From assembly GCF_018977255.1 (NCBI RefSeq), contig NW_024704742.1, forward strand, positions 94,862,001-94,926,000: a stretch of DNA of 64,000 nt. Direction: 5' to 3'. Shown here one piece after another: positions 1 to 12,790 of this stretch (position 1 is its first letter; each line of letters begins with the position of its first letter). A program made the translations under genes and the position numbers. The notes below the pieces were generated by a model, which was given only the letters and a program-made list of their open reading frames with translations, made no database searches and was not told the DNA's origin. This stretch comes from Callorhinchus milii (Eukaryota).

Positions 1-757
1 AAATAACACTTGAGTGAGACATCAGGGGATCACTGGTGACCTGTGAAATTCTAATCCCAAAAGGGAGTCAATGCCTACAAGTGAGTGGAGAACGGAAGAA
101 AAATTGGCAATAATAGAAGTAATCGGAGAATAATGCAGAAAAGCAAATATTGATTACTTAATGCAATAATATTTCTATTGTTCATTGTTGCACTCTTCCA
201 AAAGGATAAAGTTCACTGGAATAATATTTTCATGATATCAATTAGAAAGATTCCCGCTGTGCTCAAAATTGGCTAAATGAAGCCTTTGCCTAAAATCCCT
301 TCAAAGCATTTTGCATTAGTGAGATCAATGGTTAAGTTGTTTCTGTTACAATCAAGGTGAAAAATTAAACTTTCTTTCAATTGATTATACGATACACTGA
401 TTTTTTTTAATGACTGATTTAATTTGATTCATTGGCACATTAATTTCCTAAGCTGAATTTGAAAATAAAGATATATAATTCGGCACTTCAGGCCTAAGGG
501 TGACATTACACTTAATTTATTGGCCAGGTTTCATATTTATGAATTTGAATTACAGAAGGTAAACTTAGTGGAACTCAAAGAATGGATCAGATTTTTGTTA
601 CATATCATGCATATTCTCCCTGGTTATAAACTGGCACTGCACCAGTGTGAGCCAAGTGAGCCATACTGCTGACACAGTCACTACATTGCACAGTAAATCC
701 TGTGAAGTCCTTTTATCAGATGAGATTTAAAATCTACCTGCTTAGGTGGACTATTTA

Positions 758-1081
758 AATAATAATAATAATAATAATCCTTGCATTTGATATAGCGCTT
801 TTCACGTCGGGAAGACGTCCCAAAGCGCTTCACAGAACACACTGTAAAGTGAATTGACTGTATATTTGTGGGCGAACGCGGCAGCCAATTGCGCACAGCA
901 GTGTCCCACAAACAGTCGCAGATTGAAAATGACCAATTTATTATTATTTTTGGTTTTGGAGGGATTATTATTAGGCGTGTGGAGTAAGGAAACTTGCCCA
1001 AGGTTTCGCCCTGCCTGGAATTGAACTCAGGTCTCTCACTTGCAAAGCGAGTTCTCTAACCACTGAGCTACAGGACTCCAC
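758..1081 (-). mobile_element. Young tRNA-derived SINE (short form)
   Basis: Near-identical reverse complement of 32575-32890. Confidence 0.9.
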
Positions 1082-2099
1082 AAAAAAGAAAAAAGAGAAG
1101 GGAGTTTCACATTTATACTGAATAACATCACTTCATGGATGTTTGTAGGAGATTGCCCTTTGCAAATTGGCAAATTGCCCTGTTTGCCTTTAAAACCACA
1201 ATCACTATATTATACACTTACTGTGAAGCGCTTGAAAGACGTTTTGAACATAACCTGGACTCGTTTAAAAAGCAGCTTGATGCTATGATGGGAGGACAGT
1301 AGCGTGGGTGTTCTGGAGGGATGAGGTCAGATGGGCTGAAGCTTTCATCTGAACCATTCTTGTGGCCTTGTGAATCCTTACACTAAACAGCAGCTACTGT
1401 ACTGTACAGGATTCCAGTTCTTCAAATCCAAAACATTTCTGCTCGAGTATATAAATTGCTGCTATAAATCTCCGCTGCTTCACATTGATTACAAGACATT
1501 CATGCAGGAGACTTTTGACTGAGAAATAGTGCAGGTGCTTACTCCCAGTCTGGCTTCTTGCAAACATCTGACCCACCAAATAGAATGCAGAAGATAGCAG
1601 CTCGGTTTCTACCCCCTGCTTATTGGTTCTGGTCATTAGGCACTAATCTATTTTACTGTTAATTCAGAAAATATGAAGTCGCAGTAATTACACCAAAAAG
1701 ACAGCCACCAAAATCACTGCCGCTCTGGCTGACTAGATTACCAGACAAAACTAGTCTCCACCATAATTTTATTTCTTGGATTTACATTTGATTCCATAAT
1801 TTTCAAACTAAAGCACGGAATTCTTATAATGAGCGGGTGTCTGCAATTATACTGAGCAGTGCTGAAATCGCTGCTCAACAGCTGGAGTTTCTATACAGTA
1901 AACTCCTGATAATTCAACCATGGCTTAACTAGTTACTGTTGCTTAAGTTTTTAAGCGGCAGTGAGTAGTTTCATGTTTTTAATATTTATATTGCTGCATT
2001 TATTTATATATTTATACATATGCCTTACTCGTTACTTCGGATAACTCGTCACTGAGCCCTTTTCCCTTCAAGTGACACGCTATTAGGATTTTTACTGTA

Positions 2100-2938
2100 C
2101 ATCCTTGGCTCTTTCCTCTTTAATATCTACATGTTCCCCCTTGGTGACATCATCCGCAGACATGGGGTCAACTTCAACTCACCAAGCCAGTCAGGAACCT
2201 CCTAGGTGTCTTATTCGACCCTCAACTGTCTTTTCTTCTGCACATCCAAGCCATGACCCACTCTGCCTTCCCTCACCTCCATAACAACGCCTGACTCCGC
2301 CACTACCTCACCCCTCAGGCCACTGAAACTCTTGTTCATGCCTTCATCACCTCCAGGCTCGACTCTGCAAACGCCCTGCTTGTCAGCCTTCTCAACTCCT
2401 TCCTCCACAGGGCTGCAGATAATCCAGAACTCTGCAGCCCATGTCCTCTCCCACACCAAACTCTGTGACCCCATCTCCCCCCTTCTTGCCCGACTCCATT
2501 GGCTCCATATCCTTCAGAGGATCCAGTTCAAAATCCTGGTCCTCACCTACAAAGCCCTCAATGGTCTCGCCCCACCCTATCTCTGTGACCTCCTAACGCC
2601 CTACTGACCCGCCCGCTCCCTCCACTCAGCCGGCTCCGGCCTGCTCCATGTTCCCCAACCCGCCCACCCCACCATTGGCGGGAGAACCTTCAGGCATTCT
2701 GCCCCCAACCTCTGGAACTCCATTCCCCAGTCACTCAGCCTCGCCCCCTCCTTAGCCTCCTTCAAGTCCCGCCTCAAAACCCTCCACTTTGACCGTGCCA
2801 TCGGCCACCCCCCTTCCCCTCCCCTCCCTTCTCCTCCCTCACCCCAGCTCGGGTCTGAAATGCTGTACACTGTCCAGCACCTTGGGACATCCTCCCAACG
2901 TGAAAGGCTCTATACAAATGTAATCTTGTTGTTGTTGT
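2100..2938 (+). mobile_element. L2 LINE 3' fragment with internal deletion
   Basis: ORF 2332..2607 (LARLHWL..RIQFKILVLTYKALNGLAPPYL), C-rich 3'UTR, tail aaatgtaatcttgttgttgtt. Confidence 0.88.
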
Positions 2939-3529
2939 TACATGTACCGCGCTTACAATTAGAAGTGTATTTACATTTATATGACAATATCCAGGTATTG
3001 TCATTTAAATGTGATCTTGAACCCTGGTGAGTTGAAACGTGAGTATCTGAACCTGAGTGCATATGACAAAAACTATTTACCTGGTATGGCCCTTTGAGAT
3101 CAAAATCATACTCTTATCCCCCTCTTCCTCCCCCTCCACATGTTAATATTTTAGCACGTTGTTTTAAATGATCTTGCAAAAGCAGAACCTTTGCGCCTTC
3201 CAACAACCATGTTGATTTTGGCTCTGATGAAAAACATGTTATTCAGCAGAAAGTCAGTTCTGACAAAAGGCTTCAGTATGGTGCCTCTTCCCCTAGAAAC
3301 ATAACCACATACAGGAATTCAACACATTGGCAATTACCAGCAGGACACTGGAACCCACATTAACACAGCACAATGAATTAGTACTTGAGCTTTTTATAAT
3401 ATACTACCTGTGAACTGAATCTTTAAGCTGGATTGGAACAGTGTGTGTTCTTAAAGAAGCTCCATGTCATGAAGTTGGAAGAATTTATCTGAGCATTCAA
3501 ACACAGGTGTTAGTTTACTTTACTAGAAT

Positions 3530-3735
3530 TATACAGTACAGAAGGAGGCTATTTGGCCCATCGTACCCCTGCCGGCTCTTTGAAAGAGCCATCCAAATCA
3601 ATCCCACTCCCCCGCTCTCCCATAGCCTTGCAAATTAGTCATCCCCAAATATCTATCCACTATCTATCTCTTGAAAGTTGTTATCGAATCTGCTTCCTTC
3701 ACCGTTTCAGGCAGTGCATTCCAGATCTGAACAAC
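3530..3735 (-). mobile_element. CR1 3' tail
   Basis: Reverse complement resembles the insert at 61238-61372. Confidence 0.7.
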
Positions 3736-3809
3736 TCAGATCCAAACAACTACTAGTGGAATCCTTCAGGTCAACAGCAGAATCTTGAACGTATGTCAAC
3801 CTTTCATGT

Positions 3810-4280
3810 TAATATTGTCTCAAAGCGCTTCGAAGATATGGAGTGGAGTTGGAGCAGGGTAGGAGATGCTGTAGGGAGAGGTGTGAGTTGGGAAAAAAGA
3901 AATTGACCCTTGGCATAGTAGATTTTTGGAAAGGTTTTGAATGCAGAGAGGGAGGGGGCAAGGTGCAGGGATTTAGAGGGAAAGAGTTTCAGAGACAAAA
4001 ACAGATTGCATTTATCTAGCATCCTTCACTCGGGATATTGTCTCAAAGCATTGCACGGTGGTGGGGTTGGATGCTGAGCAAGGGAGAAGGGGGAAGGAGG
4101 TGACCATAGGCACTGTCAAAGAGCTACATCTTTAAAGGTGTGATTTAAAGATAAAGAGGGGACAAGGTGGAGGGATTGAGACAGGAAGGTCCAGAGGTTA
4201 GGGGCATAGTGGCTGAAGGCATGGTATCTGAGGTGGTCAAGGGATACGCAGCAGGCCTGTGTTAGCTGAGCGAAGGGGCG
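3810..4280 (-). mobile_element. Two adjacent old L2 3' ends
   Basis: Degenerate matches to the 10790-type tail. Confidence 0.55.
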
Positions 4281-4549
4281 GAGAATTTCAGAGTGAATGA
4301 AAATGCTTCATCAATAACATCAAGATACTCTCCCATTGACTTAACATGGCGGAGGGGAGAAGGAGGAGGAGAGAATTCAGTCACAGCTGAGTTCAAATGT
4401 AAAATAGCCTCAAAACAAAATTTTCAACCACCTGTTTGAAAGTCAGGCATACGCTAGATGCCAACCACCTGTTATTCAGTATAAATGTGAGGTTTTGCCA
4501 GTTTGTGAGTAGCAGTCACCCACTATCAGTCTGAATGATTTTAATGTTG

Positions 4550-7500
4550 AAAGAAGCAGCACGTGTAATTTATTTCTGATGACAATGTTTATTGTAGACA
4601 CAATTTTCCTATTGAATTTGCTGTATCACAAGAGACTTTTCATTTCAATTTGAGAAACTGGTCACGGTTCAACATACAAATATATAACACAGATACTCGG
4701 GTGTCATTTACAAGTCAGCCAAGTGCTACACAGACCATTTAAGAAAGAAATGCGTACAAGGGACCAACAGAAAGAAAAGGGCAAAGGTTTCAGCGTCAAG
4801 ACACCACATATCAGAATCCCAACATCTGTGCGATTCTTGTGAGGGCACAGAATACAGAAATGTCATCAGAGAATTTTTTTTAGGAGAAATTGAAAAATAT
4901 GATTTAACCAGAACAAAACTGAAATGGAGAAAAAAAAATAGACATTAATACTTCCAGCCAGATACTTAAAAAAATTACACCAGGTCACAGTTTGAGTTCC
5001 AAGAGGGTGACGCAGGGTTGGTAAAAAAAATGCCTTTGTGGGCCAGAAGGAAACAAAATCTCTACCTTCCCAATATCACTGATGTGGGATAATGTGCATA
5101 TCTGATGAGTAATTTCAAATGAAGAGACTATTGGTTTATTGGCATTGCCTTGTGACTAATGAAGGGCAATTGCACATCCCCAAAAAGTTTTAAAGACATG
5201 AAATGAAGCTGAAAACTCCACTAACTTTTCTAAGCTATGCTCATGGTGCAACAAAAACAAAATAGCCTTAGCCCATATTGAACCTGCATTTAGTCTCCAG
5301 GAAGCCTTATTATCGGTCCAGTCCCTCATCTGGTTGTCTCAAGGGGCAAAGTGATCTATCTGCACTGTGGTTATTCCTGGCCAACTCCATTCCTCTTCAA
5401 TGCATGTCTACTTGGTTTTGTTCCTCAATCTAAATCCAGTGTGCAAGTATCAGCTGTTTGGTAGGGAGATGTCTATAGTTACAGCAAGAAACAATCCTGA
5501 GGATTTCTCCACAGTCCAGCTACAGCACTGCTAATGCTTGGAGGGGTAGCTCTAGTATCAGTCCCTTCGATTCTCTGTTACTTTCAACGGCAATGTTGCC
5601 TCTTTTCAAACTTATTAATATAGAGTTTTCAAAATTGGTTGGAGTAAGGAATGGTATGTGTCCTTGCTCATCTTAAAATAGTGCTGTGCCATGGATGCTG
5701 CACTTTAACATTTAAATTGCCAGAATTCAAATAGTTCACCGAATTAACTGCAGTTCCTCAAATGTAATAGAGATTTGGTTTGAACTTCTAGGACAAATGC
5801 ACAATTCATACCCATAACACCTTCAGGAGAGAGGTCGTTCTCTTCCATTAGTGTAGAATTCCGCTCACTATTGAGATTCACCAGTAAATATTCCTTAGTG
5901 AGGCATGTTTGTTCATGAACTATTCTTGCTGAGATACTGTCAAAACGGTAGACAGTGGAGTACACACAAATGGCATTTAGTGCAAAATATATTTGACTGA
6001 CATCAGCGATTCAAATATCTAAAAAAAACAACTCTTGAACTTCGTGGAAACAATCCTAGGAACCAACCTCTAACAATGTTATAATGTAGATTATGCTGAC
6101 ATTTCTGATCCAACTCGCTCACTTCTTGTTCCACATTCAATATTTGCATTAAAATTGTGTGTGTGTGTGGGGGTGGGGGGGAAGGTACAATTCTGACTGT
6201 AAAACTAAAAGCAGGTGAAATGGGCAACCTCAGAGACCTCTCAACACATTAGCATCTAAACACATCCTGTTCTCTACCCTGCAAATCCACTGGGTGCAAA
6301 TCCACATTCCCATCTCTCTGCACTACTATGCATCCGGTAGATAAGATTTGACTTCACTGAACTTGACCAATGCAAAGTGAACAGCGAGGCATAATGGCGA
6401 TGATCTGGGTCACACTATTCACACACGTTTCAAATTGTTTCTTTTATGGTTAGTGGTTATTTTACTGTGCAAAATAATTAAACAATGAAAGGTTTTAATA
6501 AATTATGTTAAAAAAGTCAGTGAAACAAAAAATAAAATATTATTAAATTATTAAATAAATATTTGACCATCAGACATAAGAAAAAGAATAAATATCCTAT
6601 CCCTGGTCTCCTCCAGTAATGTTAAGGAAATAAGAGCAATACGTGCTTTGCTTACAAATGTAGTTACAAGATATAGCTGTGCCACCTCACAGAGGGAAGC
6701 ATTTTGAAAGAAAAAAATAACACTGGCTTCTGACAGATCTGATGCTTACTTCAGCGTGAACTTGTCAAGCAGATATGAAATCTAACCCGGGTTCCCCAGT
6801 ATCAGTCGACAACTAAGATTTATATGCCAACAAGCTAGACATACCGTGCGTCCAGTGGAGCCATGTAACCATGCTCTGTCTGTCAGAATATTAATCATAA
6901 TAATAGTCCTTGCATTTGATATAGCGCCTTATCATGTCATTGAGATGTCTCAATTAGTAGCCAAGAAAGAAAAGAAATTAGGCAAGCGAAGGATGCCAGG
7001 AGCACAGACACCATAGCAACGAGATTGTGAAGCTGGAGTTAGGGGTTTTATGTGATGAGTATCATATGTTAATTATAGGATCACTTCTGTCTACCCATCG
7101 GACGCCAGTCCACTGTTTCCTCGGAGATAACATGAGCAATACAGGTTCTCCATATTTCTGCCTTTCTATCATCCCATCATACATTGTTAAAGTATAAGGC
7201 CATTTGCTGCAGCTGATGGCCTCCAATAGATTCTCTAATTAAATATATGTAACACCATTATGGATAACATCCTATGTCTAAAAGGTGCACAAGATTTGAG
7301 CGATATTTTGTACATACAGTATGGCATTAGCATCATGCACAATTCTATTTCGCTCACATACCTAAGGGTGGGGGTGAGGTGGGGAACTGCTTCAGGTTAA
7401 GCACATTTTCAGATGATTTGCTTAGACAACTACAAGTGCTGCGTTATTGAAGTATATCACCTTCAGTGTTTGACCCCGAAATTAATACTGAACATTACAG

Positions 7501-8293
7501 CAAGCTCCAGCCTGCAGCTCATAAGGCCTGTCTGGAGATGGTACGAACATAATTACAGTCACACAGTTCTCTGCTCATTGTGCTATTGCACTCACCTCTT
7601 TGTGAGAGTGCCGTCCAACACAAACACAGGAAAGCAAGGAGCTAGGAAAGTTGGCAAGATTTGTCTAATGAACTTAACGGTTGGACAATGTCATGTTTCA
7701 AGGTCAGTGTTTGGGAGTCAATTGGTAAGGCTGAAGCATATCAGTATGCAGTAAACCATGAATATAATGCCTTCCTTAGCCATTTAAAAATGTTTCCATA
7801 TACATATATATAATTCATATATATAATTTCTCCCCCCCCACCCCCTTTCCCAGTTTCAGTTAATATTCATTCTTGGCCTGTAGCAGATGTATAGTTGAAG
7901 CAATCGGTTTTCTTTTCCTTTCTGCTGCAGCTGATTGTGTATGATTCGATCATCTTTTCTTCCCTTTATTTTCATCCAAATCAAATCACTAGAAGTTGTG
8001 GCTAAATGCAGTGAGAAACCTTGAAGGTCTTCAACGGAACAATCAGTTAGATTAAGACCTTGGTCTAGGCAGACTTACAATTCAGCAGAAGCCAGATCAA
8101 TTTGAGAGAGAATGATAGAACTCAAAGTCAATAATGTGTCTACAGATGGAGAAGTTTATGTTGTTTGCCCTTTAAAGCTTCTCCTTCTCACCGCTGTTAA
8201 TACTGTCAAGAGATCAGAGCAAGCTTCTTAGAAATGCAGCAACAGTCTCGCGCACACAGACGCAGGCCTAGAATTGTCCAGGTCGGCCAGGGC
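4550..8293 (-). other. NTRK2: Probable long 3'UTR of the full-length TrkB transcript
   Basis: Follows the stop codon. It is almost free of the repeats that fill the rest of the window and ends at two AATAAA signals. The distal end is inferred. Confidence 0.55.
4569..4593 (-). terminator. Tandem polyadenylation signals (AATAAA at 4588-4593 and 4569-4574)
   Basis: Minus strand reads ctacAATAAAcattgtcatcagaAATAAAttac. Dense LINE fragments resume below about 4290. Confidence 0.45.
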
Positions 8294-8479
8294 TTAACCC
8301 AGGATATCGAGATAGACTGGAGAGGCCTTTGCCAGTGTCTGGAGCAGGTTGTGAATTTCCTTAATGTTGAGCCTCATGTGGGGTTCCCGCTGCCAGCATC
8401 CGATCATCAGGTCGTACACCTCTTTTGGGCCGGTCCTTGGCCGTTGCAGAACGCGACCTTGAGTGATGCACTCGATAAC
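8294..8479 (-). CDS. NTRK2: Terminal coding exon with PLC-gamma docking tyrosine and TAA stop, 186 bp
   Basis: Manual translation [61 protein letters not shown]. Acceptor ttgcttccag. [12 protein letters not shown] is the TrkB C-terminus. Confidence 0.96.
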   Translation of the reverse strand, partial: VIECITQGRVLQRPRTGPKEVYDLMIGCWQREPHMRLNIKEIHNLLQTLAKASPVYLDILG

Positions 8480-8799
8480 CTGGAAGCAAGATCAGACAGA
8501 ATGACAGGCTGAGGGAACTCGACCTTTGCAACAGTTTGTTGCAAAGAGTTATTGTTTGTTTGTGTCTGTTTTCTGAGTTCATTTTCTGTTTTTTTTCCTT
8601 TCTGAAGTCATCTTATACATCTTCCACTAGCAGAGCATAATACTACTACTACTACTAATAATAATAATCTGAGAGTTACATGGTGCAGCAGTGTAGCTTA
8701 AAGGCTTAAAGGATAACTTCTTGGAGCTGTGCAGTAGCAATCTTGGTAAGTCCTTCTCTGGCAGTGAGAAAGCAGCTAACCATGGAATGAGCCAAAAAC

Positions 8800-9180
8800 A
8801 GCAGCACAGATGGTGTATTGGATAGAATTGTAGCTGACGGACCAAGAGTTTGCTGGTTTGAACCCAGGTCAATGCTGCATTTGCTGGTCTCATCCAGGAC
8901 TACACAGTCAAGATAAACTGGCCTCGGGCTTCGTTGGGGTAGGGAGGGAAAAACAGCAAGGGTCCCTCTACAGTACCCTCTACTGGTTGTGTACCTGTGT
9001 GGTAGCTGGGTGAGCAGAGATCAGGCTCAGCTGAGATACCTTCTCCAGTGGAGTGGGCTGTCAACACCCACTTTTAAGACATTTAACAATGGCCACTCGG
9101 ATAGGGTACTGGAGGGTAATCAATACCCGTGGAACTGCAACCCAGCGAGAGAGGCTGAGGACCAGGGCCAGTGTGGAGAA
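8800..9180 (+). mobile_element. Old SINE-like repeat (third family)
   Basis: The 3' motif aatggccactc..tactggaggg..cccgtggaactgcaacccagc recurs in degenerate form at 1-110 (+), 38030-38400 (-) and 53393-53490 (+). Confidence 0.5.
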
Positions 9181-9393
9181 AATAAGAAAACATAATTGGG
9201 CACAGTAATAAACCATCTCCATAGTCCATGCAAAATGTATTATAAAGTATCCAGAATATTATCAAGTAACATGTGACTTAAGAGAAATGTCATTCTCCCT
9301 CTGAGAAAAATCAGTAGCCCTAGCGTTTACCAAAATGCTGATTTAGAACACAAAGAGCATATTATTATTAATAAAATAATAATAAATGTCTCA

Positions 9394-9630
<237 letters not shown>

Positions 9631-9699
9631 TTACAGAAACTGCTAGGTTTGTAATACAAGAACCTGTTACATTCAGACAGAAGGCTTAGAGAAATCCCA

Positions 9700-9970
9700 C
9701 ATGGGCCTTTTGCACGTCCCTCATCCCCTCTTGTCTACCATCAGCAGCTATGCTTTCAGCCACTATGCCCAGAAACTTTGGAACTCTCTGACTCAATCCC
9801 TTCACGTGAACCCTTCCTTGCCCATCTTCAGATCACAGCTGAAGAATTTCCTCTTCAAGCATGCCTACAGTCACACACCCCCTCTCCTTGGCTTGGCACC
9901 AAGCTCCACTACTGTTAGGTGCTCTGAGATACTACCCTGGGTGAAGGTATATAAATGCAAGTTATTGTTT
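9700..9970 (+). mobile_element. L2 LINE 3' end
   Basis: GLLHVP..AFSHYAQKLWNSL..FRSQLKNFLF in ORF 9701..10015. Confidence 0.75.
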
Positions 9971-10789
9971 ATTTATGTAGAATTTGAAAGTGTGCGGAAT
10001 TCGGTAAATTGTTGAATTCAGTCTTAACTTTGAATCATTTTTCGGTAGTTCTTGAAAGAGACCCCAATCTGTGACATAAACCATGACAATTCCAACATTG
10101 CGTCAGCTGGTGAGTTACTTTATTAGAGAAATAAATAGTTGTCATTTAAACACATGGATATACTACATAGCAATCGAGATTTGTTCTTGCCTCTACTCTT
10201 AGACTGCAAACATGTATGACAACCATGGTGCCTTTTTATCCTGTTAATCACTACATATATTAAACTCAGCTGAAACTTGTATCTCTACAGTGACCATGAG
10301 CCATCAGAAAGTGATTAATTGTAAAATGGCTCAGGCCTCATTAAAAATTGAAGTCCAGTTCAGCATTGAATGCCATTCATAGGCAAGCCTGGTTTCAGCA
10401 GTATTTATTTGCGTAAAATATTAATGAATGTCCCCTAATCTCATGCAAGACAACAATCCTCCAGATGAACTGATCATTCATTTCATGGCCCTTTGTTGGA
10501 CATTTGTGTGTGCAAATTGGCTGCCCTACCTGCTTATAAACACATAGTCACTGCACTTTACAGCTATTATCTGTGAAGTGCTTTGAGACGTTTCATATTT
10601 AAAGTCGCTGTATCAAATAAGCTTCTATTTTGACTCGCTTTACTTGTCAACCTCATAACCCTCCGCTTTCCAACCATTACATCAAACCACTACAATCAGT
10701 GAGAAGAGGTTAAGCTCTTTACCAGGTAAAGAAACAATAAAATATTGCCAATTTTATACTATTATCCTTGCTGAATGCAGAGAAGGGTA

Positions 10790-11170
10790 TCAACATCAAC
10801 AACTTGCACTCATATTGTGCCCTCCACACTTGGTCGCGTCTCAGAACGCTTAACAATGACGGAGCCTGACTCCGGGCTAGGGAAGGGGGAGGTGACCATA
10901 GGCACGGTCGAAAAGGAAGGTTTTCAGGCACGACTTGAAAAGGGGGAGAGAGGGAGCAACGCGGAGGGATTGAGGGAGAGTGTTCCAGAGTTTCGGGGCG
11001 TAGTGGCTGGATGCGCAACCTCCAATGGTGGAGCGGAGGATGCATGGGCAAGCAGGAGGCCGGTGCTAGTTGAGCGGAGGCGTTAATTGGTCGATTGGGG
11101 AGTGAAGAGGTTAGAGAAGCAGGGAAGTGCCAGGGAGTGAAGGGATTTGAACATGGGTGTGAGGATCCTC
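10790..11170 (-). mobile_element. L2 LINE 3' end
   Basis: Similar to the copies at 34680, 45323, 55383 and 9700; L2-type tail. Confidence 0.75.
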
Positions 11171-11989
11171 TTCAGACAACACAATTCATCTGTGTTTCTC
11201 AAGTTCATTCTTTCCCCACCCTCTGTGCTTTGTGATCAGCAACATCTCTGTAAAGGTTTTTGAGATGTTACCCTATGGTTTTCGCTATTGTTATTTTTAA
11301 TACAAGGAACTGTGTTATTGGATTTTGCTAACCTTACCATATTCTGCTCTAACATTTGTTTTTCCCCTCTTTTCTCCGAAACCATGCTGAAAGTAGATAG
11401 GACTGAAAGCATAATACGATTTTACACTACAAAGAGCCACAGAGTCACTTTGAAGCAGTGCCAGGAAGTGATTTGATTTTATCGAGCATATCTACATGTG
11501 CCTCTGATGACTGACCACAGCTTTACTGATAACATCGAAAAAGTCTATAGCTTTGTTGAAAACGAAACACATGATATGTCCTAAGTGTCATCGTAAACAG
11601 TATTGGGCGATCACCAAATTCTTTATTTGGAGTAGTTTAATTGAGTTGGGAAAATAAATTTACAGCTGGGGAGACACAGCATGTCCAACCTAATTCATTC
11701 CTGTTGTAAATAAGTCAGTTGACTTCTAATGACTGTAAAAGATGGAGAATTATTCTGGAGCTAAAGTACAGACCTCAGATAGATCGTGGTACACAACAGA
11801 CTGAATCAGTGGCAATGTCAGGTCACTAATGTAGTACCATGGGACCTGGTTTCAGCATCGCTTCTGAAATTCACATTTCCTTGTCTTTAGCAGCTTAGAA
11901 GTTCAGGCCAGAAATGCTGCCTTTAGGGTCATGTCACCATAATAAACATGTCATAGGTATGTAAGCTCCATTTGGACAGTCACAAATCA

Positions 11990-12790
11990 CTGGATCACAA
12001 GACTAATTTGATGGAGGGCCTTCGGGCCATCTGTTCTCATCCTTCCAGAAAACCCACCTTTCTGTTCCCTCATTGAAGCGCCAAGCTGTTTTTTCACATG
12101 AGTCCAGTGACCTGGCCTAAATCACCCATTCCAGCAACCTGTTCCAGTCACAAATTACCTTCTGGATAAAAAAAATACTTCCTGGTATCTGCGCTTAAAT
12201 TGCCCTTTCCAACTCCAAACCTATGTCCTCTTGCTCGCTTGTCTTGGTATATCCTAAAGTCTTGTTCTGGGTTTACTTTTTCAATCCCATTTAAAATGTT
12301 ATACACCTCTATAAGATTCCCTCTGAGACGTCCTCTCAAGACTGAAGCTTGTCTAATTGTTGCTTATAACTCATTCCTCTAACACTGGATGTCATACTCA
12401 TTGCTCTCCTCTACACTCTGTGCACGGCCTGACCATAGCACTATATTAGCTAAAATGTAGTCCTATGCCTCTAGGGCCCCATGTTGCAGTGACAAGAATT
12501 GTATGTGGTCCTCTAGACACAGCCTGACTGAAGAGTGAAATAATTTCAGTACAACATCTGGGATCTGAATTCAACTGATTTAGCAATATACCCAAGCAAC
12601 CTGTTTGCATTGTTTGCATTGGATAACTGCCTCACATTGTTTTGACATGCTGAGCAATGAGTCAATTAACATCCGGAGACCATTTTCAGTTTCCCCCTTG
12701 GCTTGACTGTTCCATCCAATGGAGTACATGTGTTTCATATTCTTATTTCTTATACGTAGCACCTTACTTATCTGTTGATAATGACTGAAA
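11990..12790 (-). mobile_element. Old CR1 LINE 3' fragment
   Basis: RLRGNLIEVYNILNG..RARGH in ORF 12148..12339, a CR1 ORF2 C-terminal motif. Confidence 0.75.

Noticed and set aside
8234..8512. Plus-strand ORFs over kinase exons (also 40951-41273)
   Set aside because: Antisense shadows of the coding exons.
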